A stretch of DNA of 59,622 bases from Alphaproteobacteria bacterium (GCA_018701255.1 JABIWM010000080.1:1-59622); one strand, 5' to 3'. Numbered from the stretch's first letter, positions 39,599 to 51,858 are shown. A program made the numbers and translations. Notes: generated from the letters alone by a model not told the origin.

Positions 39599-39782
39599 GC
39601 AAACAGCATGACATAGCAATCATTAACAAAAACTTAACAGAATGAAGAAAAATGATCATTCCTATCGCATATCGTTAAAACGTTTTGTTCATACCCATCA
39701 TGATCAATTCTGCGGTTTCGCCTTTTCTATGCCCATCATTCATGCGGTATCCTAATCCGGCATAAAATTCGGTGTTTTCTGA

Positions 39783-41834
39783 TCATAAATGTTTCATCAT
39801 CACATCCACGCGACTTTCTCTATCATTTAGATTCAGATCAGCATGGGCGTGACTGTAATGCGTCTTCCCTGTCCCCACATCAATCTGTGACGGCAGTTGA
39901 AATTGTATCTGTCCGGATTGAACCGCTGGCGGCAATAACAGATCAAGATGCAGTCGGGTAACATGGCTAATATCGAATGTCGCACCAAGACGAAACGCAT
40001 TATACTGATATTGTCCTGACGTGATCAGACTATGGGTTTTCGGGTTTAGGCGAGTCTGGCCTATCATGGCTTCGGCGGCTAGTGTCACCATTTCATATTG
40101 CTGTCTGATACCGGCAAACCCCCATAGCGATGCGGATGCGGTATCAAATGCGCCTTTCGCATAACCATCAGCCCATCCTTGTTGATGATCAAACCCCAAC
40201 CCCATCCAGCGTTGGGTGTTCTGGTGATACTGGCTGATCACCCCATGAACAACAGACCGGTTTTTGCCCTGACTAAAAAAGATTTGCTGACGGGTATCGC
40301 TGCCAATATGTTCATAACCAACCCAGTTACCATCAGATGAATAGCTGGGATCGGTTAGACGTGCGGGCAGATATGCCGATAACGGGATGCTACCCTGTTC
40401 AGCAAATCGAAAGCCGGATTGCGCCAGATGCTCCCCATCTCTCGCCTTAATCACATTATACCCTGTTGCATAGCGTAAAGGTGAGGGCAGAATATATGTA
40501 TCAAGTGCCAGCACAAAGGCCGCATTATCAAAACTGTCACGAACAATAATGGATTGATCAGCCAGAGCATGACGAACAGAACCGCCCAGAACATTAGGCG
40601 TGACAAGCACCGATTGTTTCAATGGCATTTTCACATATGATGTTGTTTCTATACTTGTCGCACCAATGGGATCAAGCGCATCTGGCAGATTGATCAATCC
40701 CTGACCGAATACATTCGCCATCTGGGCTTCGGTGCAGGTTGCTATGGTGCATCCATCCGCCGTCACCAGACCATCATAATTAGCGGTTGCCAGCAAACGG
40801 GCGGCGGCTTGCCGTGGCGTCATCCCCGGAAACTGTTCCAGTAATAGCGCAATAGAACCGGATACAAACGGCGCCGCCATGGATGTGCCGGATTTACGCG
40901 AATACTGATCATCCGGTATCGCCGCATATATGCCGCCGGAATATTGATCATCACCGCCCCCCGGTGCCGTAATGCACCATGCTTGCGCGACCCCACACCG
41001 GTTTGTATAACGCGGCTCTCGCAGGTTATTATCGGCGGCAACAACCGTTAACCAGTTTTGTCTCAAATCCGGATAGTGATAGGGAAGCCCGCTGCGGATA
41101 GATACCTGATCATCGCTATCATTTCCTGCCGCCCAGACCATAATAGGGCCATTGACTTGCGCCAGTTGAAAATAGCTTTGCAATTCCTGACGCAAAATCT
41201 GATCAAGGGTTGATTTGGGAATATCGTTAATTTCATAAATCGATGCCCATGAATTATTGATTACCGGCAACCCTCTGCTTCGGGCATTGCCCAGAATGGC
41301 TGGCACCATATCATTACCGGATTGGCTTCCGAACCTTCCTTCTGCGTTTAATATCCGGTAACTGACCAGATCAGCATAAGGCGCAACCCCGTGAATGCCG
41401 CGCTGATTGCGTGCCGCCGCAATAATACTGGCGACATGCGTGCCATGCCCGAACGGATCAGTCACTCCTTGGGTATCACCCTGCCAGTCACCGCCGCCAG
41501 AAACGCGGCCATCCAGTTCTTCGTGATCACCATCAATGCCGCTATCCAGCACCCCGACAGATATGCCAGAGCCGGATAAACCGGTCGCGTAAAATGGCGT
41601 TAACCCCATTTCCCGTAATGTTGGTGTATCCACATATTCTGTTGCAGATGCATCAAAATCGGGCACCGCTGGATCAGCAATGAATGGTCTGATTTGCGGT
41701 AATGTTCCGCTTTTGGTATCGGTTGTAACGGTAAAGCTACTGCCACCGCCGCCGCCGCCGCCACAAGCCGTTAATGCTGTGCTGGCTAAAAGGATAACCA
41801 TATATAAAGACTTTTTCGGAAAAACATTCAACAT
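39783..41834 (-). CDS. subtilisin-like (S8) serine protease lipoprotein with a poly-Gly tether and a ~280-aa C-terminal domain of unknown fold
   Basis: The ATG at 41834 has AGGTGG upstream. Lipobox LTAC followed by GGGGGGGSS. Catalytic triad motifs VLDSGID, HGTHVASIIAA and GTSMAAPFVSGS. The C-terminal part is rich in beta-strand-like alternation. Confidence 0.8.
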   Translation of the reverse strand: MLNVFPKKSLYMVILLASTALTACGGGGGGGSSFTVTTDTKSGTLPQIRPFIADPAVPDFDASATEYVDTPTLREMGLTPFYATGLSGSGISVGVLDSGIDGDHEELDGRVSGGGDWQGDTQGVTDPFGHGTHVASIIAAARNQRGIHGVAPYADLVSYRILNAEGRFGSQSGNDMVPAILGNARSRGLPVINNSWASIYEINDIPKSTLDQILRQELQSYFQLAQVNGPIMVWAAGNDSDDQVSIRSGLPYHYPDLRQNWLTVVAADNNLREPRYTNRCGVAQAWCITAPGGGDDQYSGGIYAAIPDDQYSRKSGTSMAAPFVSGSIALLLEQFPGMTPRQAAARLLATANYDGLVTADGCTIATCTEAQMANVFGQGLINLPDALDPIGATSIETTSYVKMPLKQSVLVTPNVLGGSVRHALADQSIIVRDSFDNAAFVLALDTYILPSPLRYATGYNVIKARDGEHLAQSGFRFAEQGSIPLSAYLPARLTDPSYSSDGNWVGYEHIGSDTRQQIFFSQGKNRSVVHGVISQYHQNTQRWMGLGFDHQQGWADGYAKGAFDTASASLWGFAGIRQQYEMVTLAAEAMIGQTRLNPKTHSLITSGQYQYNAFRLGATFDISHVTRLHLDLLLPPAVQSGQIQFQLPSQIDVGTGKTHYSHAHADLNLNDRESRVDVMMKHL
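41746..41762 (-). repeat. (GGC)5 trinucleotide repeat encoding the poly-Gly tether
   Basis: The + strand reads CCGCCGCCGCCGCCGCC. It is in frame within the protease gene, directly after the lipobox Cys codon. Confidence 0.8.
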
Positions 41835-42022
41835 CTGCACCACCTAAACTATCCAAAAAGGGTATTATCGGTAACAGATGCCGCCTTTCATATGATGCAA
41901 AGGCAGGAATACGCCGGACGGAAAGTATCAGTGATACCCCTAGCGAATGGTAAAATATGATTGCGATAGCTGAAAACCGCCGTCAGCCGCTCCACAGCCG
42001 GCCTATCACGGCCTATGACGGC

Positions 42023-43213
42023 TTAACTGTTTATAGCGGCGTATCCGGTCATGATATCATCAATCAGATCATCGGCATGCTCAAGCCCCACAGACAGGCG
42101 GATATGACCATCCTTAATGCCAAGCAATGCCCTGTCTTTTTCATCCAGATTGCTGTGGGTTGTGGTAAAGGGATGACAGATCAGTGATTTTGCATCCCCC
42201 AGATTATTTGAGATATCAATAATGTTTAAGCTATCCAGAAAGCGGAAACACGCGGCTTGGCCGCCGGGTAATTCCATTGCAATAATATTCCCGCCATGGC
42301 GCATTTGTTTTCTGGCCAGATCATATTGCGGATGGCTTTCCAGCCACGGATAGCGGATTATGATATCCGGACAATGCTGGGTGATATATCTGGCAACATG
42401 GTCGGCGTTTGCCACCATCCGGTCAACCCGTAAGGACAGGCTTTCCAGTGATTTGAGCAAAACCCACGCATTAAACGGGCTGATCGATGGCCCTGTGCGG
42501 CAAAGAAATTTAAAAATCTGCTCATCAACCAGTTCTGATTTCCCAAGAATAGCACCGCCAAGCACCCGCCCATGACCATCAATATGTTTGGTCGCCGAAT
42601 AAACCACCAGATCAACGCCATATTCAATAGGTTTCTGGCCAAGAGGCGTGGCAAAGACATTGTCAACCACCATCAAGGCACCCGCCTGATGCGCCAATGC
42701 TGTCACAAGTTCCAGATCAACCAGTTCAAGCAGAGGATTAGATGGCGTTTCCACAAACACCATTTGCGCCGGCCGTGATAAGGCATCTTCCCACGCGGTC
42801 ATATCGGTGCCGTCAACCAGTTCGGTTTCAATGCCCCATTGTGGCAGAATCTGGGTTAAAATAGCATGGCACGCCCCGAATAGCGCGCGGCTGGCAACAA
42901 CCCGATCACCTGATTTTAACAAACTGGCCATAGTCGCAAATACTGCCGCCATGCCAGATGCGGTCATGCGGCAGGATTCCGCGCCTTCTAGCAACGCCAT
43001 GCGTTCCTGTAACATGGTAACGGTGGGGTTGCCGTAACGGGAATAAACAAACCGGTCTAAATCACCACTGAACGAATCGGCGGCTTCTTGTGCCGAGCTA
43101 TAAACATAACCTGATGTCAGATATAATGCTTCTGCTGTTTCATCAAATTGAGAACGGTTCAGCCCGCCGCGTACCGCCAGCGTATCCGGATGATAGGATT
43201 TGTTTTTACTCAT
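42023..43213 (-). CDS. metZ: O-succinylhomoserine sulfhydrylase (Cys/Met-metabolism PLP enzyme)
   Basis: 396 aa with the PLP-lysine motif YSATKHIDGHG. Overall it matches the MetZ-type pattern common in alphaproteobacteria. Confidence 0.8.
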   Translation of the reverse strand: MSKNKSYHPDTLAVRGGLNRSQFDETAEALYLTSGYVYSSAQEAADSFSGDLDRFVYSRYGNPTVTMLQERMALLEGAESCRMTASGMAAVFATMASLLKSGDRVVASRALFGACHAILTQILPQWGIETELVDGTDMTAWEDALSRPAQMVFVETPSNPLLELVDLELVTALAHQAGALMVVDNVFATPLGQKPIEYGVDLVVYSATKHIDGHGRVLGGAILGKSELVDEQIFKFLCRTGPSISPFNAWVLLKSLESLSLRVDRMVANADHVARYITQHCPDIIIRYPWLESHPQYDLARKQMRHGGNIIAMELPGGQAACFRFLDSLNIIDISNNLGDAKSLICHPFTTTHSNLDEKDRALLGIKDGHIRLSVGLEHADDLIDDIMTGYAAINS

Positions 43214-43249
43214 GCCCGCGTTCTATTTTTAATTTGAAGACACCTATGC

Positions 43250-43792
43250 TTAGGGTCTTGGGGCATGTTTTGCAAGGATTCTTTGTAACGTCCGGCGGTG
43301 CAGCTTAAGCCGTCTGGCAGTTTCGGAAACATTGCGTCCACATTGCTCATAGACACGCTGGATATGTTCCCACCGCACCCGATCCGCCGACATCGGGTCT
43401 TCGGGTGGGGGCGGCATGGCTTCGCCTTTTTGCAGTAACGCCGCAACAATAGCATCCGGATCAGCAGGTTTGGGCAGATAGTCAACAGCCCCGGCTTTCA
43501 CCGCTGAAACGGCCGTGGCTATATTGCCAAATCCGGTTAGCATAACGACACGGCAATCTGGCTGATTGTCTTTGAGTATCTGGACAATATCCAGACCACT
43601 GCCTTGTTCCAGTTTCAGATCAAGAATGGCATGAGTGAACTGTTCTGCCTTGATACAATCACGGGCATCCGGAATACAGGACGCTATGGTGACAACAAAA
43701 CCCTTGCGCTCCATGACACGCGCCAATCGGCCTAGCAAGGATTCGTCATCATCAACGATCAGCAATTTATGTTCAGTTTTGTGCATCATCAT
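43250..43792 (-). CDS. regA: RegA/PrrA/ActR-family redox response regulator
   Basis: LLIVDDDESLL receiver plus the almost invariant C-terminal HTH NVSETARRLKLHRRTLQRILAK. Three consecutive ATGs (43792, 43789, 43786) follow AGGAAA. Confidence 0.9.
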   Translation of the reverse strand: MMMHKTEHKLLIVDDDESLLGRLARVMERKGFVVTIASCIPDARDCIKAEQFTHAILDLKLEQGSGLDIVQILKDNQPDCRVVMLTGFGNIATAVSAVKAGAVDYLPKPADPDAIVAALLQKGEAMPPPPEDPMSADRVRWEHIQRVYEQCGRNVSETARRLKLHRRTLQRILAKHAPRP

Positions 43793-43845
43793 TTTCCTAT
43801 TGCTTTTATATAGGTGCAAAAATCTCAAACACAAGGTAGGCCGGA

Positions 43846-45147
43846 TTAATCCTTATATCGCACATCAATCTCGGCGCGCGGCAGAATAAAGGTGATTTCC
43901 GCCCCGCCTTCTTTCACATTTCTGGCAACCAGCTGACCGCCCATCCCCTCAATCATGGTCGTTGCAATAAATAATCCTAGCCCCATATGCCCATCCACGC
44001 CTTTACGCGACGAATTATACGGCTCACCAAGCCGGTTGAGTACCGCGCTAACAAATCCGGGGCCATCATCGATTATCTGGATAATCAGATGTTTTTTATC
44101 CCAGCCAACCGCGATATTAACCTTATTTTTGGCAAATTGCGCGGCGTTATCAATCATCATTTCAAGGCTATGGATAATATCCGGCCGCCGCCCCAGAATA
44201 GGCGTTTCACCAATAAGCGTATCCATTGTCTGCAAATGGATCATATCACGGATATCTGCGAATCGATCATCAATCAACCCCTGAACCAACGCCAGCGCCG
44301 CCGCGGGATCATGGCTCATCTGATCAATTTGATTAGCATCTTCGCTTAACCCGGCCAGAATCATCCGGCAGCGTTCTGTTTCCACTTTCAATGCCTTTAT
44401 TTCATTGGCCAATGTGGGGTAATCCGCTTTTTCATCCAGCAATTCTGCCAGCTCATGGGTGATTAGGGTAATCGTATTTAACGGCGATCCTAATTTATGG
44501 GCGGCCACGGTAGCAAGGCTTCCTAATGATACCATTTGCTGTTCCCGCGCCATATTAAACCGCGCATCGGAAAGCCCGCGCAGAACATGCCGGGCATGGC
44601 TAGTCAGTAGCCCGGTATAAATGCCAATAAATCCAACAGCAAAAACAATAGCAACCCATAACCCGACCAGATATAGCCACGGCCATTCCGGTGACGCATC
44701 CGGCCATGGCAAGGGAATATGATAAATAGAAAGCAGGCTGGCCAGAAATGCTACCATCAGAATGAGCGCAATCGTATAGCGCATGGATAAAAGCGATGCC
44801 GATACCGCCACCGGTGCCAGCAAGAGCAAGGCAAATGGATTGGTCAGCCCGCCAGTTAAAAACAGCAATCCAAACAGCTGAAGCGTATCAAATCCAAGCA
44901 GAAAAAATGCTTCGTAATTATTGATGCGATTCCGCAATCGGCTAAACAGATAATGCCAGACACCAACAACAGCTGAAACCATTATGATTAGCAACAGCCA
45001 GAAAATGGGAATGTCAAAATCAAGTGCCAGATATATGATCATGACTGTCAGCAACTGACCGCCTAGTGCAATCCAGCGCACCATAGCCAGCTGGCCACTA
45101 TCAATCAGATCATTAATCTGGAGAAAGGCATAATCCTGATGCGGCAA
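43846..45147 (-). CDS. regB: RegB/PrrB/ActS-family redox sensor histidine kinase
   Basis: Six N-terminal TM helices with the quinone-site heptapeptide GGLTNPF, the H-box AAHKLGSPLNTI, and the conserved redox Cys in ETERCRMILAGL. Confidence 0.9.
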   Translation of the reverse strand: MPHQDYAFLQINDLIDSGQLAMVRWIALGGQLLTVMIIYLALDFDIPIFWLLLIIMVSAVVGVWHYLFSRLRNRINNYEAFFLLGFDTLQLFGLLFLTGGLTNPFALLLLAPVAVSASLLSMRYTIALILMVAFLASLLSIYHIPLPWPDASPEWPWLYLVGLWVAIVFAVGFIGIYTGLLTSHARHVLRGLSDARFNMAREQQMVSLGSLATVAAHKLGSPLNTITLITHELAELLDEKADYPTLANEIKALKVETERCRMILAGLSEDANQIDQMSHDPAAALALVQGLIDDRFADIRDMIHLQTMDTLIGETPILGRRPDIIHSLEMMIDNAAQFAKNKVNIAVGWDKKHLIIQIIDDGPGFVSAVLNRLGEPYNSSRKGVDGHMGLGLFIATTMIEGMGGQLVARNVKEGGAEITFILPRAEIDVRYKD

Positions 45148-45169
45148 ATCAATCCCCTGTCATTGGTGA

Positions 45170-47629
<2,460 letters not shown>

Positions 47630-47661
47630 TCATCATTCCATGTTTGTTAACTGCCATTATA

Positions 47662-48834
47662 TTATACTATCTGCCCTTTATCGAGATGAATGACATTGGC
47701 ATCCCGACTAATTGGCGCAAAGCTGATGCTATCTGTCCCGCTAAACCAGACCTGCCCCGGCAATGCGGCGGTGAGCTCAAAAAGCGCAAGCCGTCTTTCT
47801 GCATCCAGATGCGAGACAATATCATCAAGCAAAAGCACTGGCGGCCGTGATAAGCGCTGATTTTGTAGGCGCGCATGTGCCAGAATAACCGATATGACTA
47901 GCGATTTCTGTTCACCTGTTGAGGATGTTTCGGCCATCTGGCCAGTTTGCGAATGTTGTACTTCTAACAGACTATTATGTGCGCCGGGCATATTCATCTC
48001 ACCATTCTGGCGCTGGTGACGGGCGGCGGCAAGAATACGATCCTCAACATCGACCGCTGGCATATCTTTGAGCCATGATTCCGCTGTGCCGGTCATGGTT
48101 AATCGCGCCGCCGGAAAACCGGCAACAGGAATTGATGCTTCATGATCCAGCGCATCCACCATCGCCTGACGCGCCGCAATAATGGCTACCCCTGTTTCGG
48201 CAAGCTCTTGTTCAACCGCGCATAGCCAGCGATCTTCGGCGCGATCTTCGAGCAAACGGTTTCTTTGCCGCATTGCACGATCATAACGGCTTAACCGGCC
48301 AGCATGTGCCGGATCAAACGCAATCACCAACCGATCCAGAAATCGCCGTCTTTCACTGGGTGATCCCCCCAGAATACCGTCCATATCCGGGGTCAGCCAT
48401 GATATCGCCAGCCGTTCGGCCAACGCGGTCTGTGATGCGGTTTCACCATCTATGCGGATCACCCGCCGGCTGTTTTCCTGTTGAATATCTTCACCGGTGC
48501 CAGCCCGGAACGCGCCCAGCTCTGTCACCGCTTCACAAGACACCGCCCAGCGCCAGCTCTGTGCTGTATCAGAAACAGACGGCTGTGCGGCTTTAGCATT
48601 TTGCATAAACTGATCACGTTTTGCCCGGCGCAATCCTCTGCCCGGTGCCATCAACGATACCGCTTCCATAATGTTTGTTTTGCCAGCACCATTTGGCCCC
48701 ACAAGAATCACCATGCGGTCATCCAGTGTCAGATCAAGCTGATGGTAATTGCGAAACCGGCTAAGGCCAAGGCGACGTATCCATGCCTGACAAGTGGCAT
48801 TGGCCGGATGAGGAATGGGTTGACTGGCGATCAC
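47662..48834 (-). CDS. recF: DNA replication/repair protein RecF
   Basis: Walker A GPNGAGKTN, SRFRNY near the N-terminus, and a C-terminal LLLDDI. There are about 20 extra N-terminal residues compared with typical RecF, so the start is somewhat uncertain. Confidence 0.9.
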   Translation of the reverse strand: MIASQPIPHPANATCQAWIRRLGLSRFRNYHQLDLTLDDRMVILVGPNGAGKTNIMEAVSLMAPGRGLRRAKRDQFMQNAKAAQPSVSDTAQSWRWAVSCEAVTELGAFRAGTGEDIQQENSRRVIRIDGETASQTALAERLAISWLTPDMDGILGGSPSERRRFLDRLVIAFDPAHAGRLSRYDRAMRQRNRLLEDRAEDRWLCAVEQELAETGVAIIAARQAMVDALDHEASIPVAGFPAARLTMTGTAESWLKDMPAVDVEDRILAAARHQRQNGEMNMPGAHNSLLEVQHSQTGQMAETSSTGEQKSLVISVILAHARLQNQRLSRPPVLLLDDIVSHLDAERRLALFELTAALPGQVWFSGTDSISFAPISRDANVIHLDKGQIV

Positions 48835-48853
48835 ACAAACATCCTGAACTGGC

Positions 48854-49960
48854 TCAGACGCGCATCGGCATCACCACAAACAGACTGGCATCATCCTTGG
48901 GTGAACGGATCAGTGTTGGGTTTGATGGTTCGGCAAATGCAAATTCCATATCATCGCCCTCAATCAAATTGGTAATGTCCAGCAAATAACGGGCATTGAA
49001 TCCGATTTTGAGATCATCATCAGCCCAGCTAGCCTCAATCACTTCTGTGGCGCTGGCTTGATCTGTGCTACTTGCTGATATTGTCAGACTACCGCTGCTG
49101 AAAGTCAGCTGAACCGTGCGTGTTTTTTCAGCCGAGATTGTTGATACCCGATCAACCGCCGCGCTGAAATCAGACACCTTAACAATGGATTTGCGTTGAT
49201 TATCCTTGGGGACAACCCGATCATAATCGGGGAATGTGCCATCAATCAGCTTAGTTGTCATCACAACCTGACCAAGTGCAAACCGGGCGCGTGTATCAGA
49301 AAGACCAACCTCAACATCGCCATCGAAGTCTTCCATCAGACGGAATAATTCGGTATAGGCTTTGCGCGGGATAATAACAGACGGCATCGTTTCCGCCCCT
49401 TGCGGCAAATCCATCTGGGTCAAGGCAAGCCTATGGCCATCTGTTGCCACGGCACGCAATTGCCGTTCCGGAGTTTGATGAAAATAAATGCCATTCAGAT
49501 AATAGCGGGATTCTTCGGTTGAAGTCGCCATACGGGTTAATTCAATCATGGATTTAAAATCCGCGGCTGGCAGATGGAAAGCGACTGGCATTTCAGCGCT
49601 ACTGATTGCCGGAAAATCATCAACCGAAAGCGTTGGCAGACGGAAAGTAGAACGTCCGGCGCTGATCTGTGCCTGACCGGTGGTATCTGCAGAAATCGTA
49701 ATCTCAGAGCCTTCGGGGAGCTTGCGAACAATATCATAAAACATATGCGCCGGCGTTGTAATCACGCCTTCTTCGGCAACCGCGGCATGGGTGGTTTCCA
49801 CCATATCCATTTCCATGTCTGTTGCCGTGAGCTTGAGCTGGCCGGATTCTGCCTTGATAACCATGTTGGATAAAATGGGGATTGTATTCCGCCGTTCCAC
49901 CACACTCTGGATATGACCAAGCGGCTTAATCAATGCGGCGCGATCAATACTTAATTTCAT
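48854..49960 (-). CDS. dnaN: DNA polymerase III beta sliding clamp
   Basis: 368 aa with MKLSIDRAAL...VERRNTIPILSN... and a C-terminal ...FVVMPMRV. Confidence 0.95.
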   Translation of the reverse strand: MKLSIDRAALIKPLGHIQSVVERRNTIPILSNMVIKAESGQLKLTATDMEMDMVETTHAAVAEEGVITTPAHMFYDIVRKLPEGSEITISADTTGQAQISAGRSTFRLPTLSVDDFPAISSAEMPVAFHLPAADFKSMIELTRMATSTEESRYYLNGIYFHQTPERQLRAVATDGHRLALTQMDLPQGAETMPSVIIPRKAYTELFRLMEDFDGDVEVGLSDTRARFALGQVVMTTKLIDGTFPDYDRVVPKDNQRKSIVKVSDFSAAVDRVSTISAEKTRTVQLTFSSGSLTISASSTDQASATEVIEASWADDDLKIGFNARYLLDITNLIEGDDMEFAFAEPSNPTLIRSPKDDASLFVVMPMRV

Positions 49961-50023
49961 GGCTAGGCCTTTCTCTTGTCTTTATTTTATGTTCTTACCA
50001 GTTTAAGCCCACCGCCATCGCCA

Positions 50024-50124
50024 TCATGATCAGACAGCATAAATGGAACGAATGAGCCTCCCGAATAGCAAAAGATAATCATGATAATCATGAATAAATA
50101 TGCATCATGATCATGCTATCATGA
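50024..50124. repeat. cluster of TCATGA hexamers, including the tandem 9-mer GATAATCAT x2, in the dnaA-dnaN spacer
   Basis: TCATGA occurs at 50024, 50079, 50088, 50105 and 50119, plus TCATGC at 50111. GATAATCAT occurs at 50074-50082 and 50083-50091. Confidence 0.8.
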
Positions 50125-50168
50125 CTTTTGCCAATAACACAATTTATAGCATGTTTTTATGCGTTAAT

Positions 50169-50186
50169 ACCACAATATAATGTGGT
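50169..50186. repeat. inverted repeat ACCACA-N6-TGTGGT in the dnaA-dnaN spacer
   Basis: ACCACAatataaTGTGGT. It is flanked by one of two TTTTGCCAA copies (50126-50134 and 50186-50194, exactly 60 nt apart). Confidence 0.7.
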
Positions 50187-50210
50187 TTTGCCAAATTTGG
50201 GCAGACGCGT

Positions 50211-51629
50211 TTATGTGCTGAGCAGAGAACGGATCATAACAACATCATCAGCCATTTGCCGGTCTTCTGTCATCATATCCTCAATTTTGCGTACCGCATG
50301 CATGACCGTCGTGTGATCTCTATCACCAAAGCGGCTACCAATTTGCGGATAGGAGCAATTGGTCAGATTTTTTGCCAGATACATGGCAATCTGTCTTGGC
50401 CGGACGATATTGCGTGACCGGCGATTGGAATGCATTTCCGTTTGACGAATATTAAAATATCGCGCGACTTCGCGCTGAATAGCGTCAATTGATATCTGCG
50501 CCGAGCTTGACCGCAATAAATCGCTAAGCACTTCATGCACGGTATCAATGGTAATCGGCACATCAAATAAAGAAGCGTAAGCAGAAAGCCGGTTAAGCGC
50601 GCCTTCGAGTTCGCGAACATTCGATGTGATTTTATGCGCCAGATATTCCATCACTTTATGCGGAAGATCAATTTTTTCCAGCTCTGCTCTGGCCTGAAGG
50701 ATGCCGAGCCGCAATTCAAAGGTTGTTGGATGAATATCAGCAACCATGCCCCAGTTCAGGCGCGATTTCAGCCGTTCTTCCATTCCGTTCAGATTTGTCG
50801 GGGATTTATCCGCCGATAGAATGATTTGCCGGTTCTGATCAATCAACGCATTGAATGTATGGAAAAATTCTTCCTGTGTGCTGTCTTTGCCGCTAATAAA
50901 CTGAACATCATCAACCATCAGCACATCAACAGAACGGAATTGTTCCTTGAATTGCATCGTATCCCGATAACGAAGCGCCCGGATAAACCGGTACATGAAT
51001 TTTTCTGCCGATAGATACACCACTTTACGTGACGGATCACGGCGCCGAATATGCCATGCAATAGCGTGCATCAGGTGCGTTTTACCAAGCCCGACACCGC
51101 CATGCAGGAAAAGCGGATTGAAAGATGGCACATCTGATTCCGCCGCCCGCATCGCCGCCGCATAAGCCAGTTCATTCGGTTTGCCAACGATAAAATTATC
51201 AAACGTCATACGCTGATCAAGAATGCCGCCAAGCTCATCACCGCTATCGCTTTTGACCAGTGGTGCTGATGGAATGCCGGGTTCTGTTTCCAGTGACGGT
51301 TTTTCCGGCATGACAGGAATATGCTGTTTATGGTTTACTTTGACATCACGAACAGATGCGTCTTCGGCTTGCCAGTACATGCGCAACCGGTCAGCATATT
51401 GGCTGTTTACCCGCGCCGTTACAAAACTTGACCCCGACCCCAGCATAACCGTGCCCTGCTCAAGGCCATAAATATCAAGCCCTTTAATCCAGCTCCGCCA
51501 GATGTTATCGCCAAGATCAGCACGGAGCCGGTCTTGAACGCGTGTCCATTTTGTCAAAACATGCGCATCAGCTTGCATTGAGCTGGGCGTTTGGCTGGTT
51601 TGATTTTGCTTATTGTCTACCCAGCTCAT
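50211..51629 (-). CDS. dnaA: chromosomal replication initiator DnaA
   Basis: 472 aa with the AAA+ Walker A GGVGLGKTHL and the domain IV motif DHTTVMHAVRKIE. Confidence 0.97.
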   Translation of the reverse strand: MSWVDNKQNQTSQTPSSMQADAHVLTKWTRVQDRLRADLGDNIWRSWIKGLDIYGLEQGTVMLGSGSSFVTARVNSQYADRLRMYWQAEDASVRDVKVNHKQHIPVMPEKPSLETEPGIPSAPLVKSDSGDELGGILDQRMTFDNFIVGKPNELAYAAAMRAAESDVPSFNPLFLHGGVGLGKTHLMHAIAWHIRRRDPSRKVVYLSAEKFMYRFIRALRYRDTMQFKEQFRSVDVLMVDDVQFISGKDSTQEEFFHTFNALIDQNRQIILSADKSPTNLNGMEERLKSRLNWGMVADIHPTTFELRLGILQARAELEKIDLPHKVMEYLAHKITSNVRELEGALNRLSAYASLFDVPITIDTVHEVLSDLLRSSSAQISIDAIQREVARYFNIRQTEMHSNRRSRNIVRPRQIAMYLAKNLTNCSYPQIGSRFGDRDHTTVMHAVRKIEDMMTEDRQMADDVVMIRSLLST

Positions 51630-51733
51630 TTATAGCGCCCTTTAAATCATTTTTTCAAATCATCCCTGAATAGCAAATACAATCACAAGCTTCGGCAATG
51701 AAGCAAAAGCGGATTTCAAAAGCTAGGTTCAAG

Positions 51734-51761
51734 AACAGGTAACAGGATATTCAGAAACAGG
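51734..51761. repeat. three AACAGG repeats upstream of dnaA
   Basis: AACAGG occurs at 51734, 51741 and 51756, which is 105-130 nt upstream of the dnaA ATG at 51629. Confidence 0.6.
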
Positions 51762-51858
51762 TGTTAAGACCGTTATCTAATCGTCACCATGAAGTAGCAT
51801 ATTTCCAGAACTGGGGATGGGCTTCAAGTCAATTTATCGCTATCTAGCGGTCAAGCCC

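Noticed and set aside
39620-39782. Small 22-codon ORF (MNDGHRKGETAELIMMGMNKTF) in the 184-nt gap between the protease and barrel genes.
   Set aside because: It has no RBS and no recognisable features, and such a short ORF is expected by chance. The gap more likely holds a promoter or processing region.
41883-41904. Hairpin GCCTTT-N10-AAAGGC downstream of metZ as a terminator.
   Set aside because: The stem is only 6 bp with a 10-nt loop, and no U-tract follows on the - strand. That is not convincing.
43214-43249. SAM-II (metA-type) riboswitch upstream of metZ, which is common in alphaproteobacteria.
   Set aside because: Only 36 nt separate metZ from the regA stop. That is too short for the ~50-60-nt pseudoknot plus a promoter, and I saw no matching conserved core.
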